From assembly GCA_044337585.1 (NCBI GenBank), contig JBIINH010000002.1, positions 1,212 to 65,211 of the forward strand: a DNA stretch of 64,000 bases, in the 5' to 3' direction. Below are positions 36,430 through 48,395 of this stretch, in pieces. The position numbers and the translations under genes are program-made. The notes beneath the pieces are model-generated. The model saw only the letters and a program-made list of their open reading frames with translations, had not been told where the DNA came from and searched no databases. Origin of the DNA: Bacteroidia bacterium (lineage in GTDB: Bacteria; Bacteroidota; Bacteroidia; UKL13-3). The stretch's first letter is position 1, and the number at the start of each line of letters is the position of its first letter.

Positions 36430-39114
36430 TTGAATCATAATTGTGTGAGCACCTCCTTGAACAATAATATTAAGTACTTATTTTTACTCATTATTCTGCT
36501 ATTAGTAGCCGATGCACGTGCTACACACTATCGAGCAGGAGAAATTACCTATAAAAGGCTAAGTGGAAGATTATATGAAGTAACCGTTCATACTTACACC
36601 GACCCAACCAGTGACGCAAATCCTAATACACAATCTTTAGAGATAAGCTGGGGTGATAGTAAAACACAACAAATACAGAGAACCCAACTAAACCCCATAA
36701 ATGGTACCATACAACGCAATGTGTATGTTGCTACCCATGATTATCAAACAGATGGAACTTTTCGTGTTAGTATAACAGACCCCAACCGTGTAGACAATAT
36801 TTTAAATATCAATAGGGGGTTTACTGAGCAATTGCCATTTTATGTAGAAGCTGTAATTTTTATCAATAGCTCTATTCAGAGCAACAATTCGCCAACATTG
36901 CTCAATCCACCAATTGATGATGGCTGTATCGGATTTTTATATGTGCATAATCCAGGTGCATTTGATTCCGATGGAGACTCGCTTATATACAGAATTATTC
37001 CGCCCAAAATAGCAGCAGGACAGGATGTACCACTATATGTTGATCCATTTAACTCCGATAGTTTTGCATTAGATCCCATAAAAGGAACGGTGTATTGGGC
37101 CAATCCAACTACTGCTGGATACTACAATATTGCCATACAAATCATTGAACTGCGAAATGGGTTTCCGGTAGGTTCTGTAACACGTGATATGCAGATTCGA
37201 ATTGATGACTGTCCAAATACCCCACCTACAATTGCACCTATGCCAAATGCTTGTGTAAAAGTTGGAAACAATTATACACAAACAATCAGCGCATCAGATA
37301 TCAATAGCAGCCAAGTGATTACATTGATTCCAGTTGGAGGTCCTTTTATTCAAACTCCTGGAGCAGCAACTCAATCACCCAACCCTGCTATAAATAATGG
37401 AACCGTAAATGCTCAATTTAATTGGCGACCAGAGTGCTTTAATATTCGCAATCAATCTTATTTTATTCAGTTTAAAGTAAGTGATAATTTTGCTCCGAGA
37501 GGAACATTTACAGACGGTTTCTTCTTAAAAGTAAATGGGCCAGAGCCTAAAAATGTAGAAGTAAAACAAGTGCAAAGAAACGCATTGCGTATTGCGTGGT
37601 CACCTGATGAATGTGGTTTGGCCACGAAGTATAAAGTGTATAAACGAGTGGATAGTTCCTTTTGGACACCAGGGCCGTGCGAAACAGATGTGCCTGCATC
37701 AACTGGTTTTGTTTTACTTAAAGAGATTGATATTCTCTCTAATCCTAATGACACGTTTGTAGTAGATGATAATGGGGCAAAAGGATTGTCTCCATTGGTG
37801 AATTATTGTTACAGAATAGTATCTGTTTTTCCTGCTCGCAGTGCGTTAGGGCAAGTAATTGGTGGAAGGGTAGATCCAAGTTATGCCTCTACAGAAGTAT
37901 GTGGAAGCCTGATTAGAAGCAAGCCAATCATCACCAAAGTGAGTGTAGATACAACGAGTGAGACAAATGGATGGATGAGCGTATCATATATCAAACCTGA
38001 TACATTGGATACTGTATTTTATAAAAGTCCATATCGAATTACCCTCAAAAGAAAATTGCCAAATGATGCGAGCTATATTGAATTGTATAGTTACATATTT
38101 AACTCATTTGAAGAAATTGTAGATTCTTTTTGGTTAGATAGCAATATCAATACAACAGCGTTACAATATTTGTATCAAATTGATTTTTATAGCGACATTA
38201 GTACTACTGAAAAATTTATTGATGAGAGTAATGCTGCTACCAGCATAAAACTTAATATATTTTCTTCAGACCGAAAAAATATATTGACCTGGAATGCAGA
38301 TGTGCCATGGGAAAATGATAGCTTTTACATACTCCGCAAAAATGCTTTATTTGGATTTGATACAATTGGTGTAAGCGTGAATTTAATATTTATAGATACA
38401 GGTCTTACCAATGGCGAAACCTATTGTTACAAAGTACTTTCGATAGGGGGGTATTCTTTATTACCTTTACGTATTTTAAATTATTCCCAAGAAATATGTG
38501 GTACACCGATTGATACTATTGCGCCTTGTGCACCATTGCTAACTGTAACTACACCCTGCAGCTCATTTAATGATTTTGCAAATAAATTAAATTGGGTACC
38601 AACTGTATCTTGTGCCTCAGATATATTATCTTACAAAATTTATTTCAAAAAGGATACTGAAAGTGATTATACATTGATTGCTGCTGTGCCTGCTTCTGTT
38701 ACTAGTTATGAAGATAATCGTGAAGAATTAAAATTTTCGGTTGCCGGTTGTTATGTCGTAAATTCCGTGGATACCAATGGAAATGAAGGAAGTTTTCAAA
38801 ACGTATTTTGTGTTGATAATTGTCCTTATTATGTATTACCAAATATATTCACCCCAAATAATGATAAAACCAATGATTTTTTTATACCATTTGAGTATCG
38901 ATTCATTGATAAAATAGATATGCAAATTTATAACCGCTGGGGAGGTTTGGTGTTTAAAACCGAAAATCCAGATGTGCTGTGGGATGGAACTGAGATGGTT
39001 TCAGGTAATACAGTTTCTACCGGGGTTTATTATTATGTGTGCGATGTTTACGAAAGATATTTGGATGGTGTTAGAAAACGTAAAATTAATGGAACAGTGC
39101 AAATCATACGCTAA
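36430..39114 (+). CDS. Large secreted multi-domain (FN3/Ig-like) protein with T9SS type-B (gliding-motility-associated) C-terminal domain
   Basis: Signal peptide KYLFLLIILLLVADARA; C-terminus CPYYVLPNIFTPNNDKTNDFFIP...YNRWGGLVF...GVYYYVCDVY matches the type-B T9SS CTD. TTG start in the track, so the exact start is uncertain. Confidence 0.75.
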   Translation: MNHNCVSTSLNNNIKYLFLLIILLLVADARATHYRAGEITYKRLSGRLYEVTVHTYTDPTSDANPNTQSLEISWGDSKTQQIQRTQLNPINGTIQRNVYVATHDYQTDGTFRVSITDPNRVDNILNINRGFTEQLPFYVEAVIFINSSIQSNNSPTLLNPPIDDGCIGFLYVHNPGAFDSDGDSLIYRIIPPKIAAGQDVPLYVDPFNSDSFALDPIKGTVYWANPTTAGYYNIAIQIIELRNGFPVGSVTRDMQIRIDDCPNTPPTIAPMPNACVKVGNNYTQTISASDINSSQVITLIPVGGPFIQTPGAATQSPNPAINNGTVNAQFNWRPECFNIRNQSYFIQFKVSDNFAPRGTFTDGFFLKVNGPEPKNVEVKQVQRNALRIAWSPDECGLATKYKVYKRVDSSFWTPGPCETDVPASTGFVLLKEIDILSNPNDTFVVDDNGAKGLSPLVNYCYRIVSVFPARSALGQVIGGRVDPSYASTEVCGSLIRSKPIITKVSVDTTSETNGWMSVSYIKPDTLDTVFYKSPYRITLKRKLPNDASYIELYSYIFNSFEEIVDSFWLDSNINTTALQYLYQIDFYSDISTTEKFIDESNAATSIKLNIFSSDRKNILTWNADVPWENDSFYILRKNALFGFDTIGVSVNLIFIDTGLTNGETYCYKVLSIGGYSLLPLRILNYSQEICGTPIDTIAPCAPLLTVTTPCSSFNDFANKLNWVPTVSCASDILSYKIYFKKDTESDYTLIAAVPASVTSYEDNREELKFSVAGCYVVNSVDTNGNEGSFQNVFCVDNCPYYVLPNIFTPNNDKTNDFFIPFEYRFIDKIDMQIYNRWGGLVFKTENPDVLWDGTEMVSGNTVSTGVYYYVCDVYERYLDGVRKRKINGTVQIIR

Positions 39115-39734
39115 TGTTTACAGGAATAATAGAGACGCTTGCAACACTTCAAGAAGTTAAAGAATTTGGCTCAGGTAAAACGTTTGTTTTCTCATGCCCG
39201 ATAACTAAAGAATTAAAAGTAGATCAAAGTGTAAGCCATAATGGGGTTTGCCTAACAGTGGAGCAAATTGATGGAGAAAAGTATTCACTTACAGCTATCG
39301 CAGAAACACTAAAAGTAACAACTTTGGGATGTTTGCTACCGGGAGATATCGTAAATCTTGAACGTTGTATGAAAGCAGATGGAAGATATGATGGTCACTT
39401 GGTGCAAGGACATGTTGATACTGTTGCAACATGTATACTTATAAATGATGTCAAAGGCAGTTGGGAGTACGCATTTAAATTAAATGATACCTCATACACA
39501 CATTTGATGGTAAATAAGGGTTCTATCTGTATCAATGGCGTAAGTCTTACATTGGTAAATGCTCGTGAGGACGATTTTTCGGTATCAATTATACCTTACA
39601 CTTATGAGCATACAAATTTTCATTCCATCAAAGTTGGTACAAAAGTGAATATTGAATTTGATATTCTTGGTAAATACATCCAACGCTACTTAAGCACAGT
39701 GCCTAATCCTAAAAGTTTAATACAAGAGCATTAA
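39114..39734 (+). CDS. ribE: Riboflavin synthase alpha subunit
   Basis: MFTGIIETLATL start and duplicated lumazine-binding halves; 206 aa. Confidence 0.85.
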   Translation: MFTGIIETLATLQEVKEFGSGKTFVFSCPITKELKVDQSVSHNGVCLTVEQIDGEKYSLTAIAETLKVTTLGCLLPGDIVNLERCMKADGRYDGHLVQGHVDTVATCILINDVKGSWEYAFKLNDTSYTHLMVNKGSICINGVSLTLVNAREDDFSVSIIPYTYEHTNFHSIKVGTKVNIEFDILGKYIQRYLSTVPNPKSLIQEH

Positions 39735-40515
39735 AAAATTGGTACCATAGATTTGAAACGGGCACTACAGGTTGCACTTCATACATTGTACGAAGGTTGA
39801 TTCTGTATTCCAAATTATTAGTTATTTTGAAACTACAAAGCGCATGCATTCCATATCGCGTTCTAAGTAAAGTCGGGTCTGGTCTAAAGTTTAAATAAAC
39901 ACCAATGTCAAGTTTAATTTTTGAGTTAATTTCATGATCGTAGCTGATATAGCCATTCAAGCGAAGGTTGTATACATCAACAGGTGTCGTATTTGGAATA
40001 TTTTCAAGTGTTTTGTCGGGTACAGCTGAAAAGTTCCATTTTTCATATTCCATAATCCCACCTGCAGCAAAAGCCAAGGTGATTTTTTCATCACGATAAA
40101 ATCGATACCTAGCATTGCATGTAGCAGCGACTTTATGCTCGAGCCCCCTTGCCTCCCTCCATTGGTATTGAAACATATATTCAGGATATACTTCTCTGCT
40201 TATGTTGGGCCTGAAGCGTGCAAATACATAGCCACCGCTTACCACCACTTCATCACCGTTCAGCAATAAACTAAAATTTTCAGCAATGGTGAAAACATTA
40301 TTATTTTTAAATCGGTGTGCAAATTCAGAACTTAAAGCAAATTGATTGACTACTACTTTTTGTGTTTGAGAACTGAAACTTCCAGCAATGACACCTGCAT
40401 TTTTTCTATTGGTATCAATTGGGATCATCACAAATGATTCAGGGAAAATAAATTGAGCACTAACCTTAGCAGCCCAACAACATAATACAATGAATAACGA
40501 TAACCATTTATACAT
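39709..40515 (-). CDS. Hypothetical outer-membrane protein
   Basis: Signal peptide MYKWLSLFIVLCCWAAKVSAQ, taken at the internal ATG (the track begins at 40575); beta-rich; the C-terminus ends in F. Confidence 0.45.
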   Translation of the reverse strand: MYKWLSLFIVLCCWAAKVSAQFIFPESFVMIPIDTNRKNAGVIAGSFSSQTQKVVVNQFALSSEFAHRFKNNNVFTIAENFSLLLNGDEVVVSGGYVFARFRPNISREVYPEYMFQYQWREARGLEHKVAATCNARYRFYRDEKITLAFAAGGIMEYEKWNFSAVPDKTLENIPNTTPVDVYNLRLNGYISYDHEINSKIKLDIGVYLNFRPDPTLLRTRYGMHALCSFKITNNLEYRINLRTMYEVQPVVPVSNLWYQFFNALVLNF

Positions 40516-40646
40516 GCTTGCAAATGTCATTGTGTGTATGATATAGAAGTCAAAATGATGTAAACACGTGCACAATAAGTTACAAAAATGTATACAGTCT
40601 GAAGTTTTAATAAACTATTATTGAGGTCTTATTAGCTACAATATTT

Positions 40647-42050
40647 ATGAACCGAAAAGAGCATGACTTTCTTGGAGAATTGGAAATACCTAACGAGTTT
40701 TACTATGGTATACAAACATTTAGGGCAAAAGAGAATTTTCATATTACCTCGATACCTATTTCAACAGAGCCTTTATTGATACAAGCTTTTGGCTACGTAA
40801 AAAAGGCTGCTGCTTTAGCCAATCGAGATTGTGGCGTGTTGGATGATAAAGTTACAGAAGCTATTTGTTTTGGCTGCGATCAATTGATAGCCGGAAAATA
40901 TACCGACCAGTTTGTAAGTGATTTAATTCAAGGCGGAGCCGGAACTTCATGCAATATGAATGCAAACGAAGTGATTGCCAATCTTGCATTGGAATACCTT
41001 GGGCACAAAAAAGGGGAATATGATTTTGTACATCCAAATAACCATGTGAATTGTTCGCAATCTACCAATGATGCCTATCCAACTGCTTTTCGCATGGCGC
41101 TATTCAGTAAAATCGGTATCTATCTCAACATATTAAAACGCCTGCAAATAGCTTTTGATGAAAAAGGGAAAGAATTTACTTCCGTATTGAAAATGGGAAG
41201 AACCCAATTGCAGGATGCTGTGCCAATGACCTTGGGTCAAGAGTTTAGGGCATTTGCTACAACAATTGAAGAAGACATCAACAGGTTGGAAGAAGCACGC
41301 AATTTGGTATTGGAAGTAAATATGGGTGCTACAGCAATTGGAACCCGTGTAAATGCTCCTGATGGATATGCAGAATTGTGTGTGAAATACTTGAAAGCAA
41401 TTTCAGGAATTGATGTGATACTAGCACCCGATTTAATAGAAGCTACTGGTGATACCGGTGCATATGTACAGATCATGGGAACACTTAAACGCAACGCCAT
41501 CAAACTGTCTAAGATTTGTAATGATTTAAGGCTCTTAAGTTCAGGCCCCCGCACGGGATTTAACGAAATTAATTTACCACCAAGACAACCTGGTTCGTCC
41601 ATTATGCCAGGGAAAGTAAATCCAGTGATACCTGAAGTTGTTAACCAAACATGCTATTACGTTATTGGCCAAGACCTAACTGTGACTATGGCTGCAGAAG
41701 CAGGACAACTGCAACTAAATGTAATGGAGCCAGTGATTGCATTTTCATTATTCACTTCATTACAATATTTAGGCAATGCGATTGACACACTAACCGAAAA
41801 ATGTGTAAAAGGAATTACCGCAAATGCAGAACATGCAAGAAATATGGTGATGAATAGCATTGGCATTGTTACCCAACTAAATCCTATACTTGGTTATGAA
41901 CCATGTGCCATCGTAGCACGAGAAGCATTAGAAACAGGAAAAAGTGTTTATGAAATCGTGGTAAATGAAAAAAAGCTTATAAGCCATGAAAAATGGGAAG
42001 AAATATTTTCTATCGAAAATCTTATTCATCCTAAGTTTATAAATAAGTAA
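40647..42050 (+). CDS. aspA: Aspartate ammonia-lyase (fumarase/aspartase family)
   Basis: Family signature GSSIMPGKVNPVIPE; the VIPE ending favours aspartase over FumC (which ends TQCE); 467 aa. Confidence 0.75.
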   Translation: MNRKEHDFLGELEIPNEFYYGIQTFRAKENFHITSIPISTEPLLIQAFGYVKKAAALANRDCGVLDDKVTEAICFGCDQLIAGKYTDQFVSDLIQGGAGTSCNMNANEVIANLALEYLGHKKGEYDFVHPNNHVNCSQSTNDAYPTAFRMALFSKIGIYLNILKRLQIAFDEKGKEFTSVLKMGRTQLQDAVPMTLGQEFRAFATTIEEDINRLEEARNLVLEVNMGATAIGTRVNAPDGYAELCVKYLKAISGIDVILAPDLIEATGDTGAYVQIMGTLKRNAIKLSKICNDLRLLSSGPRTGFNEINLPPRQPGSSIMPGKVNPVIPEVVNQTCYYVIGQDLTVTMAAEAGQLQLNVMEPVIAFSLFTSLQYLGNAIDTLTEKCVKGITANAEHARNMVMNSIGIVTQLNPILGYEPCAIVAREALETGKSVYEIVVNEKKLISHEKWEEIFSIENLIHPKFINK

Positions 42051-42073
42051 ATTCGTTATATAATAAATTACAA

Positions 42074-42391
42074 ATGCAAAACAACGACAACCCAAACAAT
42101 CAAATCAATATCGAACTTTCAGAAGAAGTTGCTGAAGGCATTTATTCAAATTTAGCTATTATCACACATTCAAATTCTGAATTTGTGGTGGATTTTATAC
42201 GTGTAATGCCTGGTGTGCCGAAAGCCAAAGTAAAATCGCGAATCGTACTCACCCCTGAACATGCCAAACGTTTATTTCTTGCAATGGGAGACAATATTAG
42301 AAAATACGAAGAGTTGAACGGAACCATTACAATAAATGAACAAGGTCCACCGATTCCCATGAATTTTGGCGGACCCACAGGTGTGGCTTAA
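42074..42391 (+). CDS. DUF3467-like small protein
   Basis: 105 aa; EGIYSNLAIITHSNSEFVVDFI resembles the Bacteroidetes DUF3467 family. Confidence 0.5.
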   Translation: MQNNDNPNNQINIELSEEVAEGIYSNLAIITHSNSEFVVDFIRVMPGVPKAKVKSRIVLTPEHAKRLFLAMGDNIRKYEELNGTITINEQGPPIPMNFGGPTGVA

Positions 42392-42410
42392 ACTCTGTTT
42401 TATAGCTTGT

Positions 42411-42435
42411 TACAGTGCTCATATTCACTGTGAAT
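42411..42435. promoter_or_regulatory. Overlapping dyad symmetries (ACAGTG-n8-CACTGT and ATTCAC-T-GTGAAT) upstream of carA
   Basis: Read directly: tacagtgctcatattcactgtgaat, about 30 bp upstream of the -7 box. Candidate operator. Confidence 0.35.
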
Positions 42436-42465
42436 AATTTACCTTGAGCGAAAGAGTGAAACATT

Positions 42466-42473
42466 TATCTTTG
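42466..42473 (+). promoter_or_regulatory. Bacteroidetes sigma-A -7 box (TATCTTTG)
   Basis: TAnnTTTG lies 18 bp upstream of the carA ATG. Confidence 0.55.
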
Positions 42474-42490
42474 CAACAATTTATATAACA

Positions 42491-43591
42491 TTGAACAAGC
42501 TCATTCATAAATTCCCTGCAACCCTTGTGTTGGCTGATGGAACTGTCTTTAAAGGAAATTCAATTGGAAAAATAGGTACCACCACCGGTGAAATCTGTTT
42601 CAATACAGGAATGACAGGTTATCAGGAGGTTTTTACCGATCCTTCTTATTTCGGACAGATATTGGTTGAAACCAATGTGCACATCGGTAATTACGGAATA
42701 CATACAGATGAAGTCGAATCCGATAATATTAAAATAGCAGGCTTGGTTTGCAAGCAATTTAATATTCCATTTTCTCGCAAACAGTCTGCAACAAATATTC
42801 AAGAATATTTTGCATTAAATAACCTTGTAGGTATTGCAGATGTTGATACCCGTGAAATTGTAAGACATGTGCGTGACAAAGGTGCAATGAATTGCATTAT
42901 TTCTTCTGAAGAGAAAACGGTTGAAGAATTATTGGCAGAACTAAATAATGTGCCCTCTATGGCAGGCCTTGAATTGTCTTCCAAAGTTTCAACAGACAAA
43001 ACATACTATTTAGGCAATCCTGATGCTGTCAAGAAAGTTGCCGTACTAGATTTGGGAGTGAAGAAAAATATTTTACGCAGTTTGGTTGAGCGCGATTGTT
43101 ACCTTGCTGTGTTTAACGGTAAAACATCGTTTGAAGAAATGATGAAGTTTAAACCGGACGGTTTCATGATTTCCAACGGACCCGGTGATCCGGCCTCAAT
43201 GCACTACGCAGTAGAAACAGTCAAAACAATATTGGATAATAATGTGCCACTTTTTGGCATATGCCTTGGCCATCAAATATTGGCAGAAGCCAACGGCATT
43301 TCAACATTTAAAATGCACAACGGCCACCGCGGATTAAATCACCCGGTAAAAAATATCATCACAGGTCATTGCGAAATTACTTCACAAAATCACGGGTTTT
43401 CGGTAAAGGCGGAAGATGTGCACAATTGTAAGGAAGTTGAAGTAACACATATCAACTTGAATGACGATACCATCGAAGGAATTCGCATGAAAGACAAAAA
43501 AGCGTTTTCGGTACAGTATCATCCAGAAGCTGCACCCGGTCCGCATGATAGCCGCTACTTGTTTGACGACTTTATTAAATTAATGTCTTAG
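42491..43591 (+). CDS. carA: Carbamoyl-phosphate synthase small (glutamine amidotransferase) subunit
   Basis: CPSase small-chain N-domain; class I GATase motifs GICLGHQ and ...H..E; 366 aa. Confidence 0.9.
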   Translation: MNKLIHKFPATLVLADGTVFKGNSIGKIGTTTGEICFNTGMTGYQEVFTDPSYFGQILVETNVHIGNYGIHTDEVESDNIKIAGLVCKQFNIPFSRKQSATNIQEYFALNNLVGIADVDTREIVRHVRDKGAMNCIISSEEKTVEELLAELNNVPSMAGLELSSKVSTDKTYYLGNPDAVKKVAVLDLGVKKNILRSLVERDCYLAVFNGKTSFEEMMKFKPDGFMISNGPGDPASMHYAVETVKTILDNNVPLFGICLGHQILAEANGISTFKMHNGHRGLNHPVKNIITGHCEITSQNHGFSVKAEDVHNCKEVEVTHINLNDDTIEGIRMKDKKAFSVQYHPEAAPGPHDSRYLFDDFIKLMS

Positions 43592-43614
43592 GATAAAACT
43601 GATTTAATTATTGC

Positions 43615-44950
<1,336 letters not shown>

Positions 44951-44971
44951 TATAAATTCTACTTTTCATTG

Positions 44972-45003
44972 AAGCCGAAACAACCTTGATTCGGCTTTTG
45001 TAT
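44972..45003 (+). terminator. Putative rho-independent terminator after eno
   Basis: AAGCCGAA-n10-TTCGGCTT hairpin followed by TTTTG. Confidence 0.55.
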
Positions 45004-45132
45004 ATAAATGAAGTTCTTTAATATCAAGAATTTTCATTGTGTTATTGGCCAGTGTTTTGTTTTTCGCTCAATTATCTGGATGGGTGTAAAACTTTGCCTA
45101 AAGCTGTAGCTTTAATTTTTCATCTTTGTTAT

Positions 45133-45423
45133 ATGCGAAACGGCATTAAATTGATTGCTAATAAATATTTAATTGCAACAGCAATATTTATGCTGTTGTT
45201 GTTATTTGCCGATAAAGGAAATGTATTTGATCAATACAAACTCTACACCAAATACAGCAAGGTAAAGTCAGAAAACGAGTATTATAAAATGCAAATTGAA
45301 AAAGCCCGAAAAGACTATAACGAATTGTTTACCAATGACCGTAATCTCGAAAAATTTGCACGCGAAAAATACCTGATGAAACGAGATGATGAAGATGTAT
45401 TTGTAATTGAAATGGAAGAATGA
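45133..45423 (+). CDS. FtsB/DivIC-like septum formation initiator
   Basis: Single N-terminal TM (LIATAIFMLLLLF), then a coiled coil and ...FAREKYLMKRDDEDVFVIE. The start is taken at the internal ATG rather than the track start at 45037. Confidence 0.6.
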   Translation: MRNGIKLIANKYLIATAIFMLLLLFADKGNVFDQYKLYTKYSKVKSENEYYKMQIEKARKDYNELFTNDRNLEKFAREKYLMKRDDEDVFVIEMEE

Positions 45424-46277
45424 TACTCATTGCAGATAGTGGTTCTACAAAAACAGATTGGGCGTTATTAACGTCACCGGATACTTCGTTTAAACTTTTG
45501 CATACGCAAGGGTATAACCCATATATTGTTAATTCAGATAACATAAAAAGTTCGCTAATAAATGAATTGCTGCCAAGCATTCTCCAACCCGAAGCAGTTG
45601 AAGCAATCTATTTTTATGGTGCCGGTTGTTCCACACCTGAAAAGCAACTGATTATAGAAACTGCCTTACAAGCTGTTTTTCCAAAATGCAATACAATTCT
45701 CGTTACGCATGATTTATTGGGAAGTGCCCGTGCTTTGCTTGGAAATAGTGCAGGATTTGCAGCCATTTTGGGTACAGGAACAAATACATGTGTTTATGAT
45801 GGCACAAACTGTGTGCACAATATTGATTCGCTGGGTTATTTATTGGGAGATGAAGGCAGTGGTTCCTATATAGGTAAAAGATTTTTAAGGGACTTCTTTA
45901 GAGGAACAATGCCTGACGAGGTCTCAAAAGTATTTGTACAACAATTTAATATTTCCTCTTCAAAAGAATTGCTTTCGGCTATTTATGCTAGCCCAACAGC
46001 CAACAGATACCTTGCAAGTTTTGCATCGTTTGGAAGTGTATTGCCCTCAAATGCATACATACATTTTGCAATCACCGAGTGTTTAGAAGATTTCTTTAAT
46101 CGGATTGTAACATTGTATCCTGATTATGCATCGCATAGCTTCAATTGTGTTGGAAGCATAGCTATAAATTACAAACAAATTTTAGAAGAGGTTGCAGGTA
46201 AATTTGGTATGCGGATTGGAAAACTAATTCAGTCACCTATTCATGAACTGGTGACCTATCACCAACCAAAGGGATGA
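45420..46277 (+). CDS. BadF/BadG/BcrA/BcrD-type ATPase (N-acetylglucosamine kinase-like)
   Basis: MILIADSGSTKTDWAL phosphate-1 motif; GTGTN; DEGSGSYIG; 285 aa. Confidence 0.7.
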   Translation: MILIADSGSTKTDWALLTSPDTSFKLLHTQGYNPYIVNSDNIKSSLINELLPSILQPEAVEAIYFYGAGCSTPEKQLIIETALQAVFPKCNTILVTHDLLGSARALLGNSAGFAAILGTGTNTCVYDGTNCVHNIDSLGYLLGDEGSGSYIGKRFLRDFFRGTMPDEVSKVFVQQFNISSSKELLSAIYASPTANRYLASFASFGSVLPSNAYIHFAITECLEDFFNRIVTLYPDYASHSFNCVGSIAINYKQILEEVAGKFGMRIGKLIQSPIHELVTYHQPKG

Positions 46278-46307
46278 TTGTTTAAAGATATGCAATTGAA
46301 GAAATCT

Positions 46308-47096
46308 TCAAAGTCCGATTTTCTTGGCCTCATTCCAGTAAACATCCATTTCATCAAGTGTCATATCTTTTAATTGCTGTTGGTTCAATTTTGCTTGCTC
46401 CTCTATGTACTGAAAACGATTTAGAAATTTATGATTGGTTTTTTCCAATGCATCATCCGGATTGATATTGTGTTTACGGGCAAGATTGACCAATGCAAAT
46501 AGAAAGTCACCCAATTCGTTCTCAATCTTTTGGTCGTTATTGGGTTGGTTAAATTCTGCTTTAAGTTCTGCAAGTTCTTCATCTACTTTGTTCCAAACTT
46601 CTTTTGCTGTTGGCCAATCAAATCCTACCTGAGCAGCTTTCTCCTGCATGCGCAATGCTTTTACCAAACTTGGAGTGCCTTTTGCAACACCGCTTAATAC
46701 ACTTTTATTTCCTTCCTTGAGTTTTATCTGTTCCCAATTTTCTTTTACCTGATCTGCATTTTCTACTGTTACATCTCCGTAAATATGAGGATGTCTCACA
46801 ATCAGTTTTTCACAAAGGGAATGGCAAACATCAGCTATGTCAAAGTTATTCTGTTCATTGGCGATGCGTGCATAAAAAACAATATGAAGCAATACATCAC
46901 CCAATTCTTTTTGAATTTCATTTACATCATTTTTCAAAATAGCATCACTCAATTCATATGTTTCTTCAATCGTTAAATGACGCAAACTTTCGTTTGTTTG
47001 TTTCATATCCCACGGACACTTTTCTCGTAGTTCGTCCATAATATCAAGCAGCCTTCCAAAGGCTTCCATTTTTTGTTGTCGGGTATGTTGTGGCAT
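46308..47096 (-). CDS. mazG: Nucleoside triphosphate pyrophosphohydrolase MazG
   Basis: Tandem MazG domains (EETYELSDAI...ELGDVLLHIVFYA; ELGDFLFALVNLARK); 262 aa. Confidence 0.85.
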   Translation of the reverse strand: MPQHTRQQKMEAFGRLLDIMDELREKCPWDMKQTNESLRHLTIEETYELSDAILKNDVNEIQKELGDVLLHIVFYARIANEQNNFDIADVCHSLCEKLIVRHPHIYGDVTVENADQVKENWEQIKLKEGNKSVLSGVAKGTPSLVKALRMQEKAAQVGFDWPTAKEVWNKVDEELAELKAEFNQPNNDQKIENELGDFLFALVNLARKHNINPDDALEKTNHKFLNRFQYIEEQAKLNQQQLKDMTLDEMDVYWNEAKKIGL

Positions 47097-47162
47097 CGTT
47101 TGAAAAATATGAATGCAGATTTACTAATTTAAATGTGATTAACCGAGCAATGAAAAGATGTT

Positions 47163-48395
47163 TTATAATTTGTATCGGTATGCTTTGAGTGCTTTTGCTT
47201 TCCATGCTGTTATTGATACAATACCTAATGTCATGCATGCACCAAAAACAACAGAGGGCACCGTTCCCAATATCCTTGCCGCCAGTCCCGATTCAAATGC
47301 TCCGATTTCATTGGATGAACCTATAAACATGGTATTTACTGCCGAAACCCTTCCCCGCATATGATCAGGTGTTTGCAGCTGTAAAATATTGGATCGTATG
47401 ACCACACTCACACTATCAAAGGCACCACTAAAAAATAAGGCAATCATCGATAACCAAAACAATTGCGATAAACCAAAAACTAAAATGCACACTCCAAACG
47501 CACCCACACACCAAAGCAATACTTTTCCAGGATGTGAAATGGGTTTTGACAAGGAAAGTGCAATCATGGTAATGCTTGCCCCTAAAGAAGGCGCAGCCCT
47601 CAGAAATCCTAATCCTTCTGCTCCTACATTCAAGATCTCATCGGCAAATACAGGAAGAAGCGCTACTGCACCGCCAAATAATACCGCAAACAAATCGAGC
47701 GAAATGGCATTTAACATTACTTTTTCATTCCATACAAACCGAATGCCTTCCATGAGTCGTTGCTTAATGGTTTCTTTTTTGGTATAAACAGCTATAGGCT
47801 TTGGCTTGATGCTAAATAAGCAAGAGATAGCAATAACTGTTAATGCAACTATAACCGTGAAAGAAAGGGTAATACCAATCCACGCAAAAAGCAAACCGCC
47901 TAATGCTGGTCCAACAATAGCAGCAATTTGCCAGCTTGAACTGTTAAGTGTGGATGCTATGGTTAAGTCCTCTCGTTTTACAAGTTGCGATAAAAAAGCA
48001 AATCCGGTTGGTGCATAAAATCCCCGGGCAAAACCATGGATAAAAATATAAAAATACATGGCCTTTACTGCCCACTCAGGTCCCAACCCAATAACAATAT
48101 CATCTATGTTTACAAATAATAAACCCAGCGAACAAAATAGCATGACTGCAACCGACCTGATAAGTATCATTCTGCGGCTTTTGATATCAGCTATGTGACC
48201 TGCATACAATGCAACACTTAATGCCGGTATGGCTTCAGCCAAACCAATAAGTCCCAAAGAGAATGGATCCTTAGTGAGTCGGTATATTTGCCAACCTACA
48301 ATAACTGCCTGCATTTGCAAAGCTATCGTCAAGCTAAAGCGTGTAAGCAATAGATAACGAAATTCTTTGTTTCGAAGTAATTCGGCTGCTTTCAT
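47163..48395 (-). CDS. MFS transporter
   Basis: 410 aa; 12 predicted TM helices; MFS-like loop motifs (GHIADIKSRRMIL). Confidence 0.75.
   Translation of the reverse strand: MKAAELLRNKEFRYLLLTRFSLTIALQMQAVIVGWQIYRLTKDPFSLGLIGLAEAIPALSVALYAGHIADIKSRRMILIRSVAVMLFCSLGLLFVNIDDIVIGLGPEWAVKAMYFYIFIHGFARGFYAPTGFAFLSQLVKREDLTIASTLNSSSWQIAAIVGPALGGLLFAWIGITLSFTVIVALTVIAISCLFSIKPKPIAVYTKKETIKQRLMEGIRFVWNEKVMLNAISLDLFAVLFGGAVALLPVFADEILNVGAEGLGFLRAAPSLGASITMIALSLSKPISHPGKVLLWCVGAFGVCILVFGLSQLFWLSMIALFFSGAFDSVSVVIRSNILQLQTPDHMRGRVSAVNTMFIGSSNEIGAFESGLAARILGTVPSVVFGACMTLGIVSITAWKAKALKAYRYKL

Noticed and set aside
45037-45132. Possibility of a separate small gene upstream of the FtsB-like gene (MCYWPVFCFSLNYLDGCKTL...)
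   Set aside because: No RBS or promoter context, and it is in frame with the downstream gene. More likely untranslated leader sequence.
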